Positions 54,703 to 64,000 of a stretch of DNA of 64,000 nucleotides are shown in pieces. This DNA comes from Saprospiraceae bacterium. GTDB taxonomy: Bacteria; Bacteroidota; Bacteroidia; Chitinophagales; Saprospiraceae. The notes beneath the pieces are model-generated. The model searched no databases. It saw nothing but the letters and a program-made list of their open reading frames with translations, and had not been told where the DNA came from. The translations under genes were made by a program, and so were the position numbers. The first letter of the stretch is position 1; the number at the start of each line of letters is the position of its first letter. The DNA is taken from assembly GCA_043767025.1 (NCBI GenBank), contig JAYUHK010000161.1:54502-118501 (forward strand), read 5' to 3'.

Positions 54703-55977
54703 ATGCCAACAATGAATTTCTTAAAAATATTGGAAAGTTTGCAGTTGCAAAAAATTTTAAATTTGTTGTGGCACACCGTTTTGTCGCAAATGGTGGCGGT
54801 TTTCGGTACTTTTTTACTTGCCAAATATTTTTATTCGCCCGAGGAAATGGGTGCGCTATCTTTTTTTCTGGCGGTTATTTCTATCGGTTCTACGCTTGCG
54901 ATGCTCCGTTTGGACTTGACGATTGTGTTGCACCAAGACATGAAAAGTGCGATACAGACCCTTCAGTTTTGTTTGGCACTTGCGGCTTGTTCTGCACCAG
55001 TTTTATGGCTTTTTTTTTATCTGGTTCAGTATATAAATTCTGATTTTTGTGACAAAATTAATTTTTTGTCACTATTTGGCATTTTTTTTCTTGCTGGAAC
55101 GTCTGCTTTTCAGCTTTTTCAGACCAAAGCTGACCAGTTTAAAATTATTTCTTACGCAAGAATCTTACAATCTGTAAGTATTTTGGGCGGTCAAATTTTA
55201 TTTTTCTATATAGACAAAAACAACGGATTAATCATCGGTAATTTGCTCGGATTGCTTGTTTGTTATTATTACCTCCGAATAAAGTCTATCCCTTTGGGCT
55301 ATGAAAATTGGGGCTTTTTAGACCTAAAAAATAACCAGCAAACTGTCAAAAAATACAGTAAAATAGCGTTTTATAGCTTGCCATCGGGCATCGCGAATTT
55401 GCTTTATCAAAACATACAACCGTTGCTTATTTTAGCTTGGTTTGGCAAGGCAGAAGCGGGACTATTTTTTTTTGCTGCCAGAATATTGCAGGCACCGTTG
55501 CAACTTATTTCGTCGTCGGTATCTAATATTTTTTACAAAGAAGCGAGCGAATTGATGGCAAATCAACCTCAAAAACTTTTTGGATACACGCTCAAAATGC
55601 AGGCTCTCATCGGAGGAGTTATTATCTTACCAGTCTTATTTCTGGCTGTCACGTCACAGCAAATAATTTTATTTTTTTTTGATGCCAAGTGGGTAGCGTC
55701 AGGGCAGTATTTATCTATTTTAGTCTGCTTGTTTTTCTTCCGCAGCCTCTACAATCCCATAAGTTATATCGCCGAAGTAGTCAATAAAGTTCAGGTAGAA
55801 CTCGTTTTTAATGTATTTTTACTCGCTTCCAACGTAGCGGCTTTGTACGTCGCACACCAAAAAAATGACTTTTTACTTGCCGTTCAGTTGATTACGTTCT
55901 TTGGCTGCGTCGGATATTTGGGACTTTGTTTGTATTTTACTTTTATTAATTATAAAATAAAAAATAAAAATTTGTGA
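54703..55977 (+). CDS. Polysaccharide biosynthesis protein / oligosaccharide flippase (MOP/Wzx-like)
   Basis: 424 aa with about 12 predicted TM helices arranged like Wzx-type flippases. I saw no sharp motif. Confidence 0.5.
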   Translation: MPTMNFLKILESLQLQKILNLLWHTVLSQMVAVFGTFLLAKYFYSPEEMGALSFFLAVISIGSTLAMLRLDLTIVLHQDMKSAIQTLQFCLALAACSAPVLWLFFYLVQYINSDFCDKINFLSLFGIFFLAGTSAFQLFQTKADQFKIISYARILQSVSILGGQILFFYIDKNNGLIIGNLLGLLVCYYYLRIKSIPLGYENWGFLDLKNNQQTVKKYSKIAFYSLPSGIANLLYQNIQPLLILAWFGKAEAGLFFFAARILQAPLQLISSSVSNIFYKEASELMANQPQKLFGYTLKMQALIGGVIILPVLFLAVTSQQIILFFFDAKWVASGQYLSILVCLFFFRSLYNPISYIAEVVNKVQVELVFNVFLLASNVAALYVAHQKNDFLLAVQLITFFGCVGYLGLCLYFTFINYKIKNKNL

Positions 55978-55999
55978 CAAGGAATAAATAAAATATATT

Positions 56000-57709
56000 T
56001 TACCAACCCTGTGCATCGTCGTCGCCTCTAAAATCTGCCGCGCCTTCTATTTTTCCATCTGACTGAATCAAAATCGCCTCCACTCTGCCGATGTATTCGC
56101 GTTCTTTGAGCTTGTGACCCATTTTTTGTAAATTGTCACGAATTTGGGTAGAAAATGTTTTTTCTTCGATATAAATTTCGTCGGGAAGCCATTGGTGGTG
56201 GAAGCGGTGAGAATGAACCGCTTTGGTAGCAGACATTCCAAACTCGATGATATTGACGATAGTTTGGAAGACCGAAGTGATGATAGTAGAGCCACCCGGA
56301 GTGCCAAGTACGATGTGTAACTTCTTGTCTTTCAGCACAATAGTGGGAGTCATAGAACTCAACATTCGTTTGTTGGCTTGTATTGCGTTGCCTTCGCCCC
56401 CAATCAATCCGTACATATTTGGGACTCCAATTTTAGAACTAAAATCGTCCATTTCATTATTTAGAATAAATCCTGCACCTTTTACCACCGTGTGCGAACC
56501 AAAAGTTCCGTTCAAAGTGGTTGTCACAGCAACCGCATTTCCTTCATTATCTACGATAGAAAAATGAGTTGTTTGTTCGCTTTCTTTGTTGCCAAAATTT
56601 CCTGCTTTTATCGCTGTGCTTGGCGTAGCTTTTTGGGGATTAAAATTTTTCATTCGTTGCGCTAAATAATTGGTATTCAGCAAGTTAGAAACGGGAACTT
56701 TATAAAAATCGGGGTCTCCGAGATGTGCGGCGCGGTCGGCATAGACTCTTTTTTCGGCTTCTACCATCAAGTGTATCGCTTCGGTGCTGTGAAATCCCAT
56801 TTTTGCAATCGGAAAAGGCGCAATCATCGAAAACAGTTGTTGGAGCGCAATGCCGCCACTGGACGGCGGCGGCATTCCTATCATCGTATAATTTTTGTAG
56901 TCGAAAGTCATCGGTTTGCGCCACACTGCGTCGTAGTTTTTGAGGTCAGCGAGCGTGATAATCCCGCCGCCAGCTTTCATTTCCGCCACTATTTGCTGCG
57001 CAATGTCGCCTTCATAAAAACCAGCTTCGCCCTTGTCCCGAATCAATTTTAGGGTGTTCGCCAATTCTTTTTGAACCAAATAATCGCCTTTTTTCCATGA
57101 TTTTTCGTTCGTAAAAATCGTGCTGTGCGAGTTGTATTTCTTAAATTTATCCTGGTGTGCGTTCAAATGGTTGGCACCAATATCTGAAAGTGGTATGCCA
57201 TTTTCCGCCAAATCAATCGCGGGCTGCAACAAAATCTTCCAATTTTTTAGCTTGCTGTATTTGTTATAAGCCTTCACCATGCCATCTACGGAGCCGGGAA
57301 CGCCCGCCGCAAGATGTCCATAAAGGCTCAAACCGTTGATAACGTTGCCTGAAGCATCTAAATACATATTTTGCGTAGCCGCCGAAGGTGCTTTTTCTCG
57401 ATAGTCGAGCGCGTCGGTGTCGCCGTTTTTTTTGCGGAGCAGCAAAAAACCACCGCCGCCGATATTTCCAGCCTCCGGATAGACGACCGCCAGCGCAAAT
57501 TGGACGGCAATGGCAGCATCTATCGCATTTCCGCCTTTTTTTAGAATGTCCAATCCCGCTTTTGTCGCACTTTTGTGAGCAGAAACCACCATAGCTTTTT
57601 CGCTAAAATCTGTTTTTTGCCCGTCGGAATGTTGTGCGTGGAGGTAAGAGGTTTTTGGAAAAATAATTATAAAAAAAATAATTTTTATAAAAAACTGATA
57701 GTTAGACAT
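56000..57709 (-). CDS. ggt: Gamma-glutamyltransferase
   Basis: 569 aa with a signal peptide. The autoprocessing/catalytic site is QTTHFSIVD, and GGFLL, PPPSSGG and TPGGS motifs are present. Confidence 0.9.
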   Translation of the reverse strand: MSNYQFFIKIIFFIIIFPKTSYLHAQHSDGQKTDFSEKAMVVSAHKSATKAGLDILKKGGNAIDAAIAVQFALAVVYPEAGNIGGGGFLLLRKKNGDTDALDYREKAPSAATQNMYLDASGNVINGLSLYGHLAAGVPGSVDGMVKAYNKYSKLKNWKILLQPAIDLAENGIPLSDIGANHLNAHQDKFKKYNSHSTIFTNEKSWKKGDYLVQKELANTLKLIRDKGEAGFYEGDIAQQIVAEMKAGGGIITLADLKNYDAVWRKPMTFDYKNYTMIGMPPPSSGGIALQQLFSMIAPFPIAKMGFHSTEAIHLMVEAEKRVYADRAAHLGDPDFYKVPVSNLLNTNYLAQRMKNFNPQKATPSTAIKAGNFGNKESEQTTHFSIVDNEGNAVAVTTTLNGTFGSHTVVKGAGFILNNEMDDFSSKIGVPNMYGLIGGEGNAIQANKRMLSSMTPTIVLKDKKLHIVLGTPGGSTIITSVFQTIVNIIEFGMSATKAVHSHRFHHQWLPDEIYIEEKTFSTQIRDNLQKMGHKLKEREYIGRVEAILIQSDGKIEGAADFRGDDDAQGW

Positions 57710-58289
57710 TTAAAGAGAAATTAATAAAAAAAATAAAAATTTTGGAGAGCGAAAGTAGTAAAAATATAAAAATTGGCATAATTTTTTCACATATTTATTT
57801 TGTTAATATAATGACTTGTAAAAGTTGTTATGGTCAAAAGCAGTTTCACGGAATCCAGCAATTATTTTGTTAAAAATCTGACCCAAACATCAGTATTTTC
57901 TTATCTTTCAAAAGTAAAAGAATCGTTTTAGCGAAAAATTGTCTGGATTTCTTTGTTGCTGTTGCCAAATTTAATATTTCAAATTCAAAATAAAACAAAT
58001 TTAATTATTTGTCATTCGTGCAGGCGGGGCTTATGTGCTGCGTCCTCCAATATTGTTTTAAAGACCAAGAGCTTTATAAAAATCAACAGTAATCGGTAAT
58101 TGTTGCTTTTTTTGTCTGCACGTTTTTTTTCGAGAGTAACAAATTATAATACCATTTTTTTAGTAAGCAGTCAAGTATTTTGGCTGTTTATTTTTTTTCT
58201 CAAACAAAAATTCATACTTTTGTTAAAATTATTAAACGTAAAATTTGTAGCCAAATTTTACGTTCTATTTTTTCAAATCAGATTTATTT

Positions 58290-59393
58290 ATGAGAAAAAA
58301 TACCGTACTTTCCGTTTTCTTTTTGGGTCTTGCGACGCTCACATTCGGGCAAAAATACAGCAACGAATTTCTATCCATCGGCATAGGAGCCAGAGCGCAG
58401 GGCATGGCGGGCGCGGTAACGTCCTCCGTAAACGACGCTACGGCGGCTCTTTGGAACCCCGCCGGCTTGGCTTTTTTGGACATTGACAACGGCGTGCAGC
58501 TCGGAGCGATGCACCACGAACTGTTCGCAGGAGTCGGCAAATACGATTATTTGGGCATCGCAACGCCCATTTCTGACCATAAACGCGCGCTCGCTTTTTC
58601 GTTTGTTCGCTTCGGCATAGACAATATTCCGAATACTTTGAGCCTTTATCAAGACGACGGGACGATAGATTATCGGAATGTGAAGTCGTTTTCGGCGGCA
58701 GATTATGCGTTTTTTGGTAGTTACGCACAAAAAATCGGCAACCCAGCTACCTCAAAATTAAGTGTTGGGGCAAATGCGAAGATAGTGTATCGAAATATTG
58801 GTACTTTTGCGCACTCGTGGGGTTTTGGTGCTGATTTGGGATTGCAGTACAAACCAAATAAAAAATGGTCATTTGCTTTGATGCTAAAAGATATAACTAC
58901 TACATTCAATGCGTGGAGTTTTACATTCACAGAAAAAGAAAAACAACAGCTATCCTTGAATGCGAACACTATTCCTATTAGTTCGGTAGAATATACGTTG
59001 CCACAAATTATATTTGGTGGTTCTTACTATAAAAGTTTTGGCGCACTCGGACTCACGACGGCGGTGGACTTGGTGATGACTACGGACGGGAAGCGCAATA
59101 CGCTTATCAGTACCAATCCAATCAGCGTCGCGCCCAACATCGGTGCGGAATTGGACTATAAAAAAATAGTTTTTTTGCGAGCTGGCACCAATAGTTTCCA
59201 ACAATATTTAGATTTGAATAAGCAAAAACAATGGTCGAGCAGCCCAGCCATCGGTTTGGGAGTAAAAATTAAAAGATTTCAGTTCGATTACGCTCTATCC
59301 AAGTTGGGCGGCGGTCAAGAACAGGCTGCATATTCACATATTATATCGCTTTTATTTCACATCAAACCTCAAAAAACAGCAAGGTTTGATTAA
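58290..59393 (+). CDS. PorV/PorQ-family outer-membrane beta-barrel protein (T9SS-associated)
   Basis: 367 aa with a signal peptide. The N-terminal motif IGIGARAQGMAGAVTSSVNDATAALWNPAGLAF and the alternating beta-strand pattern ending in an aromatic-rich C-terminus fit the family. Confidence 0.5.
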   Translation: MRKNTVLSVFFLGLATLTFGQKYSNEFLSIGIGARAQGMAGAVTSSVNDATAALWNPAGLAFLDIDNGVQLGAMHHELFAGVGKYDYLGIATPISDHKRALAFSFVRFGIDNIPNTLSLYQDDGTIDYRNVKSFSAADYAFFGSYAQKIGNPATSKLSVGANAKIVYRNIGTFAHSWGFGADLGLQYKPNKKWSFALMLKDITTTFNAWSFTFTEKEKQQLSLNANTIPISSVEYTLPQIIFGGSYYKSFGALGLTTAVDLVMTTDGKRNTLISTNPISVAPNIGAELDYKKIVFLRAGTNSFQQYLDLNKQKQWSSSPAIGLGVKIKRFQFDYALSKLGGGQEQAAYSHIISLLFHIKPQKTARFD

Positions 59394-59481
59394 GGAATGC
59401 GTCTAAAATGTCATAAAATAGTATTTTTGCGACGAAAATTCCGTTTAGGGGAGAGCGTATTTCGTAAAAAAATAGTAGAGA

Positions 59482-60336
59482 ATGATTACAGACGAACAGA
59501 CAAATATTTTGTACCTTTCAGACTGTCTGAAAAGTGATTACCCAAAGTTTTGGGCAGATTTCGAAGCCGCTTTGAAATCTTCTAATACTCCGTATCTATT
59601 TCTGAACGACACGAAAGAAATTTGGGCAAAAGATTTTATGCCTGTGCAGACTGCCAAAGACAAATTTATTCAATTCACATACAGTCCTGACTACCTCTGG
59701 GACACTTTGGAAGACCAAAAAACAATCGCCCAATCTGACTTATTTTGTGAGCAAATTGGTATCAAAACCATAAAATCAGATGTTATTTTGGAGGGTGGCA
59801 ACGTCGTAAAAGGCAACAATAAAGCAATCTTGACCAGTAAAATTTTTCCAGAAAATTCGCAACATTCAGAAACTGCTCTGACCAAAGAGTTGGAGAAGAT
59901 CTTGGAGGCGCAAGTTGTCATTATCCCTTGGTATCCAAACGACGTGGTGGGACACTCGAGCTGTTGGATACGTTTTTTGGACGATAACCATGTTATCATC
60001 AGTGAATTTTATACCCAAAAAACTAATTTTTTCACTTATGCAAGAGCTGGACTTCGCGGTATGGGGTTCAAAATTATTGAAATTCCTTTCACTAATAAGC
60101 GTTTTCTCAAGTCAGACATTGATATTAGAGGTTCTTATATTAATTATTTGCAAATAGGTAAAACTATATTTCTTCCTCAATACGAACTTCCTACCGACGA
60201 GCCAGCTATCCGCAAAATGGAAGAAATTTTTAGTGATTGTGACATAGTTCCAGTGTTGAGTAGCGAAATTGCGGCAGAAGGCGGCGCGTTGGGTTGCATA
60301 GGTTGGAATATTTATCAGCCCAATAAAAATCAATGA
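59482..60336 (+). CDS. Agmatine deiminase / Porphyromonas-type peptidyl-arginine deiminase family protein
   Basis: 284 aa with EGGNV and a C-terminal EGGALGCIGWN (Cys nucleophile position). A 4-nt ATGA overlap links it to gatB. Confidence 0.5.
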   Translation: MITDEQTNILYLSDCLKSDYPKFWADFEAALKSSNTPYLFLNDTKEIWAKDFMPVQTAKDKFIQFTYSPDYLWDTLEDQKTIAQSDLFCEQIGIKTIKSDVILEGGNVVKGNNKAILTSKIFPENSQHSETALTKELEKILEAQVVIIPWYPNDVVGHSSCWIRFLDDNHVIISEFYTQKTNFFTYARAGLRGMGFKIIEIPFTNKRFLKSDIDIRGSYINYLQIGKTIFLPQYELPTDEPAIRKMEEIFSDCDIVPVLSSEIAAEGGALGCIGWNIYQPNKNQ

Positions 60337-61772
60337 ACCAATACGAAACCGTCATCGGTTTGGAGGCGCACGTCCAACTTTCTACCAAAAGCAAGATATT
60401 TTGTGCCGACGGAGCAAGTTTTGGAGCTGCTCCCAACAGTCATATCAGCGCGATTTCGTTGGCGCATCCGGGTACATTGCCTGCCACCAACGCAGTATCG
60501 GTCGAGTATGCCATAAAATTAGGCTTGGCGTTGGGCTGCCAAATAGCTGATTATCAACAGTTTGACAGAAAAAATTACTTTTATCCAGACCTTCCCAAAG
60601 GTTATCAACTTACCCAAAATTTTTATCCAATTTGCATCGGCGGTAATGTCACATTTTTGGTAAATAATGAAAAAAAAAGTATTCGGTTGCACCATATTCA
60701 TCTCGAAGAAGACGCTGGAAAATCGAATCATGAACTCTCGAATCACCAAACTTTGATGGACTACAATAGGGCGGGAGTCGCTCTTTTGGAGATTGTGACG
60801 GAGCCAGATTTTCGTCACCCCGACGAAGTAGCTGCTTTTATGTTGCAGCTTCGGCATTTGGTTCGGTGGCTCGATATTTCGGACGGAAATATGGAGGAAG
60901 GCTCCCTTCGTTGCGACTGTAATGTATCTGTAAGAAAATATGGTGAAATTGAATATGGTGAGCGGTGCGAAATAAAAAATCTAAATTCTATGCGATTTGC
61001 AAAAAAAGCAGTTGAATTTGAAAGTAGTCGCCAAATAAAAATTATTGAATTGGGCGGAGAGATAATCCGCCAAACGATGCAATTTGACCCCAGCGCGGGG
61101 ACGACTGCGCCTATGCGCGACAAAGAGGGGGAATCCGACTATCGGTACTTTCCCGACCCAGATTTGATGCCAATTTTTTTGACTGCCCAGCAGATAGAAA
61201 CTATAAAAAAACAGATGCCCGAGCTACCCAATAAGGTAGTAGAGAAATTAGTAAATGAATATCATTTGACGAGCCAAGAAGCTGTTTTTATGGCAGAAGA
61301 AAAAAGTGTAAGTGATTATTTTTTGGGTCTGTGTTTGCAAGTGTCAAATAGTAAAATCGCTGCTAATATCTTGATTAACAAGATATTACCAATGACGAAA
61401 GAGTATAATTTGTCAATTTCTGAAATACCAATATCCGAGAAAAATATAGTAAAGTTAGTCGAAATAATAGAACAAAAAACAGTAAGTTCTTCGATTGTTT
61501 TTCAAAAATTATTTCCAGCAATGTGGGAAAATCCGACTGAAGAGCCAGCCGAATTAGCTATAAAGTTGGGTCTAATTCAGTCCGACGACCAAGATTTTTT
61601 GAGAGAACTTTGTAAGCAAGTTATTGCTCAAAATCCAGAAAAAGTTGCGGCTTACAAGAAAGGAAAAACTGGCTTGATAGGGTTTTTTATGGGCGAAGTA
61701 ATGAAAATTTCTAACGGAAAAGCTGCACCCCAACCGACGACAATTTTATTGAGCGAGTTGCTTCAAGACTAA
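60333..61772 (+). CDS. gatB: Asp-tRNA(Asn)/Glu-tRNA(Gln) amidotransferase subunit B
   Basis: 479 aa. The N-terminus YETVIGLEAHVQL is canonical, LRCDCNVSVR is present, and a GatB/YqeY C-terminal domain follows. Confidence 0.95.
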   Translation: MNQYETVIGLEAHVQLSTKSKIFCADGASFGAAPNSHISAISLAHPGTLPATNAVSVEYAIKLGLALGCQIADYQQFDRKNYFYPDLPKGYQLTQNFYPICIGGNVTFLVNNEKKSIRLHHIHLEEDAGKSNHELSNHQTLMDYNRAGVALLEIVTEPDFRHPDEVAAFMLQLRHLVRWLDISDGNMEEGSLRCDCNVSVRKYGEIEYGERCEIKNLNSMRFAKKAVEFESSRQIKIIELGGEIIRQTMQFDPSAGTTAPMRDKEGESDYRYFPDPDLMPIFLTAQQIETIKKQMPELPNKVVEKLVNEYHLTSQEAVFMAEEKSVSDYFLGLCLQVSNSKIAANILINKILPMTKEYNLSISEIPISEKNIVKLVEIIEQKTVSSSIVFQKLFPAMWENPTEEPAELAIKLGLIQSDDQDFLRELCKQVIAQNPEKVAAYKKGKTGLIGFFMGEVMKISNGKAAPQPTTILLSELLQD

Positions 61773-62435
61773 ATGAAGAAGTGAATCCAAATCAGAATTT
61801 TCGGACACAAGTATGTCACGATGTGTGACTTTTTGTAATTCTTTTTGAGTGCTTTCTCCGATAGCAAAAATCATCTGTTTCGGCAAAAACAAGTATTTAG
61901 AATTAAATGTGACTACATTCATCGGACTTGTAAATACCAAAAAATCACAATAGGGAATCACAAAATCAACTTTCGGAGTGTTGCTGTAAACACATAATTT
62001 TTTGCTAACTATCTGATCGTCAAGGATTTTTTCGATGGACTCCCGCGAGTTTGTTGCTTGTGGAAATAAGATTACTTTGTTTTTTGCTGCCTTCAAAAAA
62101 AGTTTCGCGACATTTTCGATATTTCCAGAACCCACGAAGTTTGTATCAAATCCGTAACTTTTTATTGCTTCAGCTGTTTTCTTTCCCAAAGCTGCGATTT
62201 TCACATTTTCGCTTATTTTTTTATTTTTTTGAAAAAACTTATTTTGAAAAAAATATTTTACAGCGTTTTGACTATAAAAAAAAATCCAATCCGAATCGGG
62301 TAAAAAATCAAAATTAATAGCCACAAAATCAATCAATGACAGCCCAACGACTTCGACAAAATGAGCGTTGAGCGAACTTACAAAATTTTGATTTTGCTCT
62401 AAATCCCGCGAAATAAATAGCGTTTTTTTTGTCAC
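61746..62435 (-). CDS. Uroporphyrinogen-III synthase (HemD) family protein
   Basis: 229 aa with a two-lobe HEM4-like pattern (DWIFFYSQNAVKYF ... DFLVFTSPMNVVTF). Its 3' end overlaps the gatB 3' end by 27 nt. Confidence 0.55.
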   Translation of the reverse strand: MTKKTLFISRDLEQNQNFVSSLNAHFVEVVGLSLIDFVAINFDFLPDSDWIFFYSQNAVKYFFQNKFFQKNKKISENVKIAALGKKTAEAIKSYGFDTNFVGSGNIENVAKLFLKAAKNKVILFPQATNSRESIEKILDDQIVSKKLCVYSNTPKVDFVIPYCDFLVFTSPMNVVTFNSKYLFLPKQMIFAIGESTQKELQKVTHRDILVSENSDLDSLLHLVLKQLAQ

Positions 62436-62461
62436 GTTTTCGATAAAAAAAATTAAAAAAA

Positions 62462-64000
62462 CTATCTTAATAGTGTTACTTGACCTTTTAAAATTTGATT
62501 TTTTCCGTCCAAATCAACGTATTCTATCACATACGCGAACACGTCGGGCGTTTGGAGAAGTCCGTCGAAAGTTCCGTCCCATTCAGGTTTTGCAGCGTTG
62601 TTGTAAATTAATTGACCAAAGCGGTTCCAAATTTGAAATTTAGAATATTTGGGTTCTGCGCCCTGTAAAACCAACCTAAAAACATCGTTTTGTCCGTCAC
62701 CGTCAGGCGAAAAAGCATTCGGAATTTGAATCTCCAAAACCTCGTTGACTCTAATCAGAACTTCGATTTCTTTGCCACAGCCATTTGCATCTGTAATTAA
62801 AATTTTATAAGTCGTTGTTTTTGAGGGCTTTACGATTAGACTTTGATTATTGGAGGCAATAATTCCGTCTTGTGGCGAATATTTAACAGTATAAGGAAGC
62901 GCAATATTCGTCGTCGAAATTTGGATTGTTGCGGTTTTCCCCAACAATATCAAGGTGTCGGGCGGCGAGGCAGATGCCGAAAAATCATTAAAATTCGTCA
63001 CTGTCGCTTGCCCAAAAGTTTTGCAACCGTTGTCCGAAGTTGCTGTCACAAAATACGTTCCGATTGATAAATTATTTATTGTGGCGACGCTTTGAGCATT
63101 AGACCATTGGTAAGAAAATGGCGCAAATCCGTTGCTTGCTTTTGCCGTCAAAACTCCCAAAGAACTTCCCACACAGGTTTTAGATTTTGAGGTATCTATC
63201 GCTAATTTTAGGGCTTCTGGTTCGCCCAGAATTACTTGTCCGCTCACCAAAGAAAACTCGCAACCATTCGCAGTTTTTACCCGAACTTTGTAAATTCCTG
63301 CACCTAAACTATTGAAAATGAATGGATTAAGGCTGCTCGTAGTGTAAGTAACGCCGTCGTCTATTGAGAACTGATATGGAGTATTATTGCCTGAAGTATT
63401 GATTGTGATAAGTCCATTTTTGTCGCCATTGCACTTTGGATTTACGGCGTTGGCGAGGGTAATCAGCTCGACGGTTTTCGTCAGTTTCAGCACTATGATA
63501 CTGTCGCAGCCATTCGCTTTTTGGAGTGTGTCAATATAGTTTCCAGCATTTTTGTACACTTTACTACCTACTTTTACACTGTCACTATCACACAAATTTA
63601 TATTTAAAAAATTGGTTGTGGCGGACGCAGGATTAATGGTTGCGGCTGCATAAGATTTACAATTTTTAGAGTCAGTAACGGTCAAATTGTAGATGCCAAC
63701 ACACAAACCCGTCAAAATTGGGGTGTCCCACGAGTAGTCGTAAGGTGACGCGCCGCCACTCGCTGTTACCTGAATTGCCCCGTCACAAATCACGGGGCAG
63801 CTGGTGGCAGGAAGCACGTTGAAAAGTATCGAAATAGGACTCAAAACGGTCAAGTTGAGCCTCACAATACTATCGCAGCCGAAGATGCCAGCGTTGTAAA
63901 TGGTATCGGTGTAAGTCCCTGAAATATTATAAATTTTACCTGCGATTACGATATTTTGCCCTGCGCAAATGGTGTCCGATATTGTCTTTTCGGCACTATA
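62462..64000 (-). CDS. SprB-repeat surface protein with a T9SS type B (CHU_C) C-terminal domain; 5' end lies beyond the window
   Basis: The frame stays open from the listed GTG at 63865 to nt 64000. SprB repeats are present (CNGDKNGLITINTSGNNTPYQFSIDDG and others). The C-terminus is IPNAFSPDGDGQNDVFRLV...WDGTFDGLLQTPDVFAYVIEYVDLDG. Confidence 0.8.
   Translation of the reverse strand, partial: YSAEKTISDTICAGQNIVIAGKIYNISGTYTDTIYNAGIFGCDSIVRLNLTVLSPISILFNVLPATSCPVICDGAIQVTASGGASPYDYSWDTPILTGLCVGIYNLTVTDSKNCKSYAAATINPASATTNFLNINLCDSDSVKVGSKVYKNAGNYIDTLQKANGCDSIIVLKLTKTVELITLANAVNPKCNGDKNGLITINTSGNNTPYQFSIDDGVTYTTSSLNPFIFNSLGAGIYKVRVKTANGCEFSLVSGQVILGEPEALKLAIDTSKSKTCVGSSLGVLTAKASNGFAPFSYQWSNAQSVATINNLSIGTYFVTATSDNGCKTFGQATVTNFNDFSASASPPDTLILLGKTATIQISTTNIALPYTVKYSPQDGIIASNNQSLIVKPSKTTTYKILITDANGCGKEIEVLIRVNEVLEIQIPNAFSPDGDGQNDVFRLVLQGAEPKYSKFQIWNRFGQLIYNNAAKPEWDGTFDGLLQTPDVFAYVIEYVDLDGKNQILKGQVTLLR

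Noticed and set aside
58100-58486. A 128-aa plus-strand ORF spanning the region upstream of the PorV/PorQ-like gene
   Set aside because: It is a low-complexity Phe-, Leu- and Lys-rich translation of AT-rich intergenic DNA. It runs out of frame into the 5' end of the better-supported gene at 58290.
1-64000. I looked for CRISPR arrays, rRNA genes, RNase P RNA, tmRNA and SRP RNA signatures, transposases and integrases
   Set aside because: No regularly spaced short direct repeats occur, and the only repeats are the dispersed A and B elements and the features listed above. I saw no conserved ncRNA signature strings (for example the tmRNA 3' end or the RNase P GAGGAAAGUCC motif), and no ORF has DDE, tyrosine- or serine-recombinase motifs. 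This was a search by eye only and does not replace Infernal or HMM scans.

Overview
The window looks like a chromosomal segment from a Bacteroidota genome of the gliding-motility/T9SS type. gldJ sits next to murF, several genes carry T9SS C-terminal sorting domains, and TAnnTTTG-type -7 boxes occur upstream of genes. By eye it is moderately AT-rich, with very AT-rich intergenic tracts. Most of the roughly 45 protein genes are housekeeping: murF, sucC, a fused 2-oxoacid dehydrogenase E1, a DAHP synthase/chorismate mutase fusion, lptF/G, fbp, alaS, kdsB, ggt, gatB, hemD-like, a CBS-type cysteine synthase and a DASH cryptochrome. tRNA-Pro(UGG) and tRNA-Ser(GCU) are also present. Five T9SS cargo genes are interspersed, including a 2591-aa and a 1375-aa adhesin-like protein, together with a PorV/PorQ-like porin. 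I found no CRISPR array, rRNA, transposase or integrase. Six observations deserve a second look. (1) An AT-rich two-gene operon pairs an HlyD adaptor with a stand-alone LanB-type (dehydratase N-domain only) protein that lacks its usual RiPP partners. (2) A 1.36-kb cassette carries only a DUF1016/YhcG PD-(D/E)XK nuclease and is bracketed by a 33-bp duplication of the last 10 codons plus stop of the neighbouring CBS gene; the two copies differ only at three silent positions. (3) Two dispersed intergenic repeat families (A, about 107 bp, 4 copies, MITE-like; B, about 160 bp, 3 copies) occur, with A nested inside B at one locus and A supplying the C-terminus and stop codon of a methyltransferase gene at another. 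(4) A perfect 28-bp-arm palindrome has a 15-nt half-site that recurs upstream of the CBS gene. (5) A G8 tract lies in the 5' end of the giant adhesin gene. (6) A class II Fic gene is tightly linked to a T9SS cargo gene. All functional calls rest on motif recognition by eye and need HMM or BLAST confirmation.
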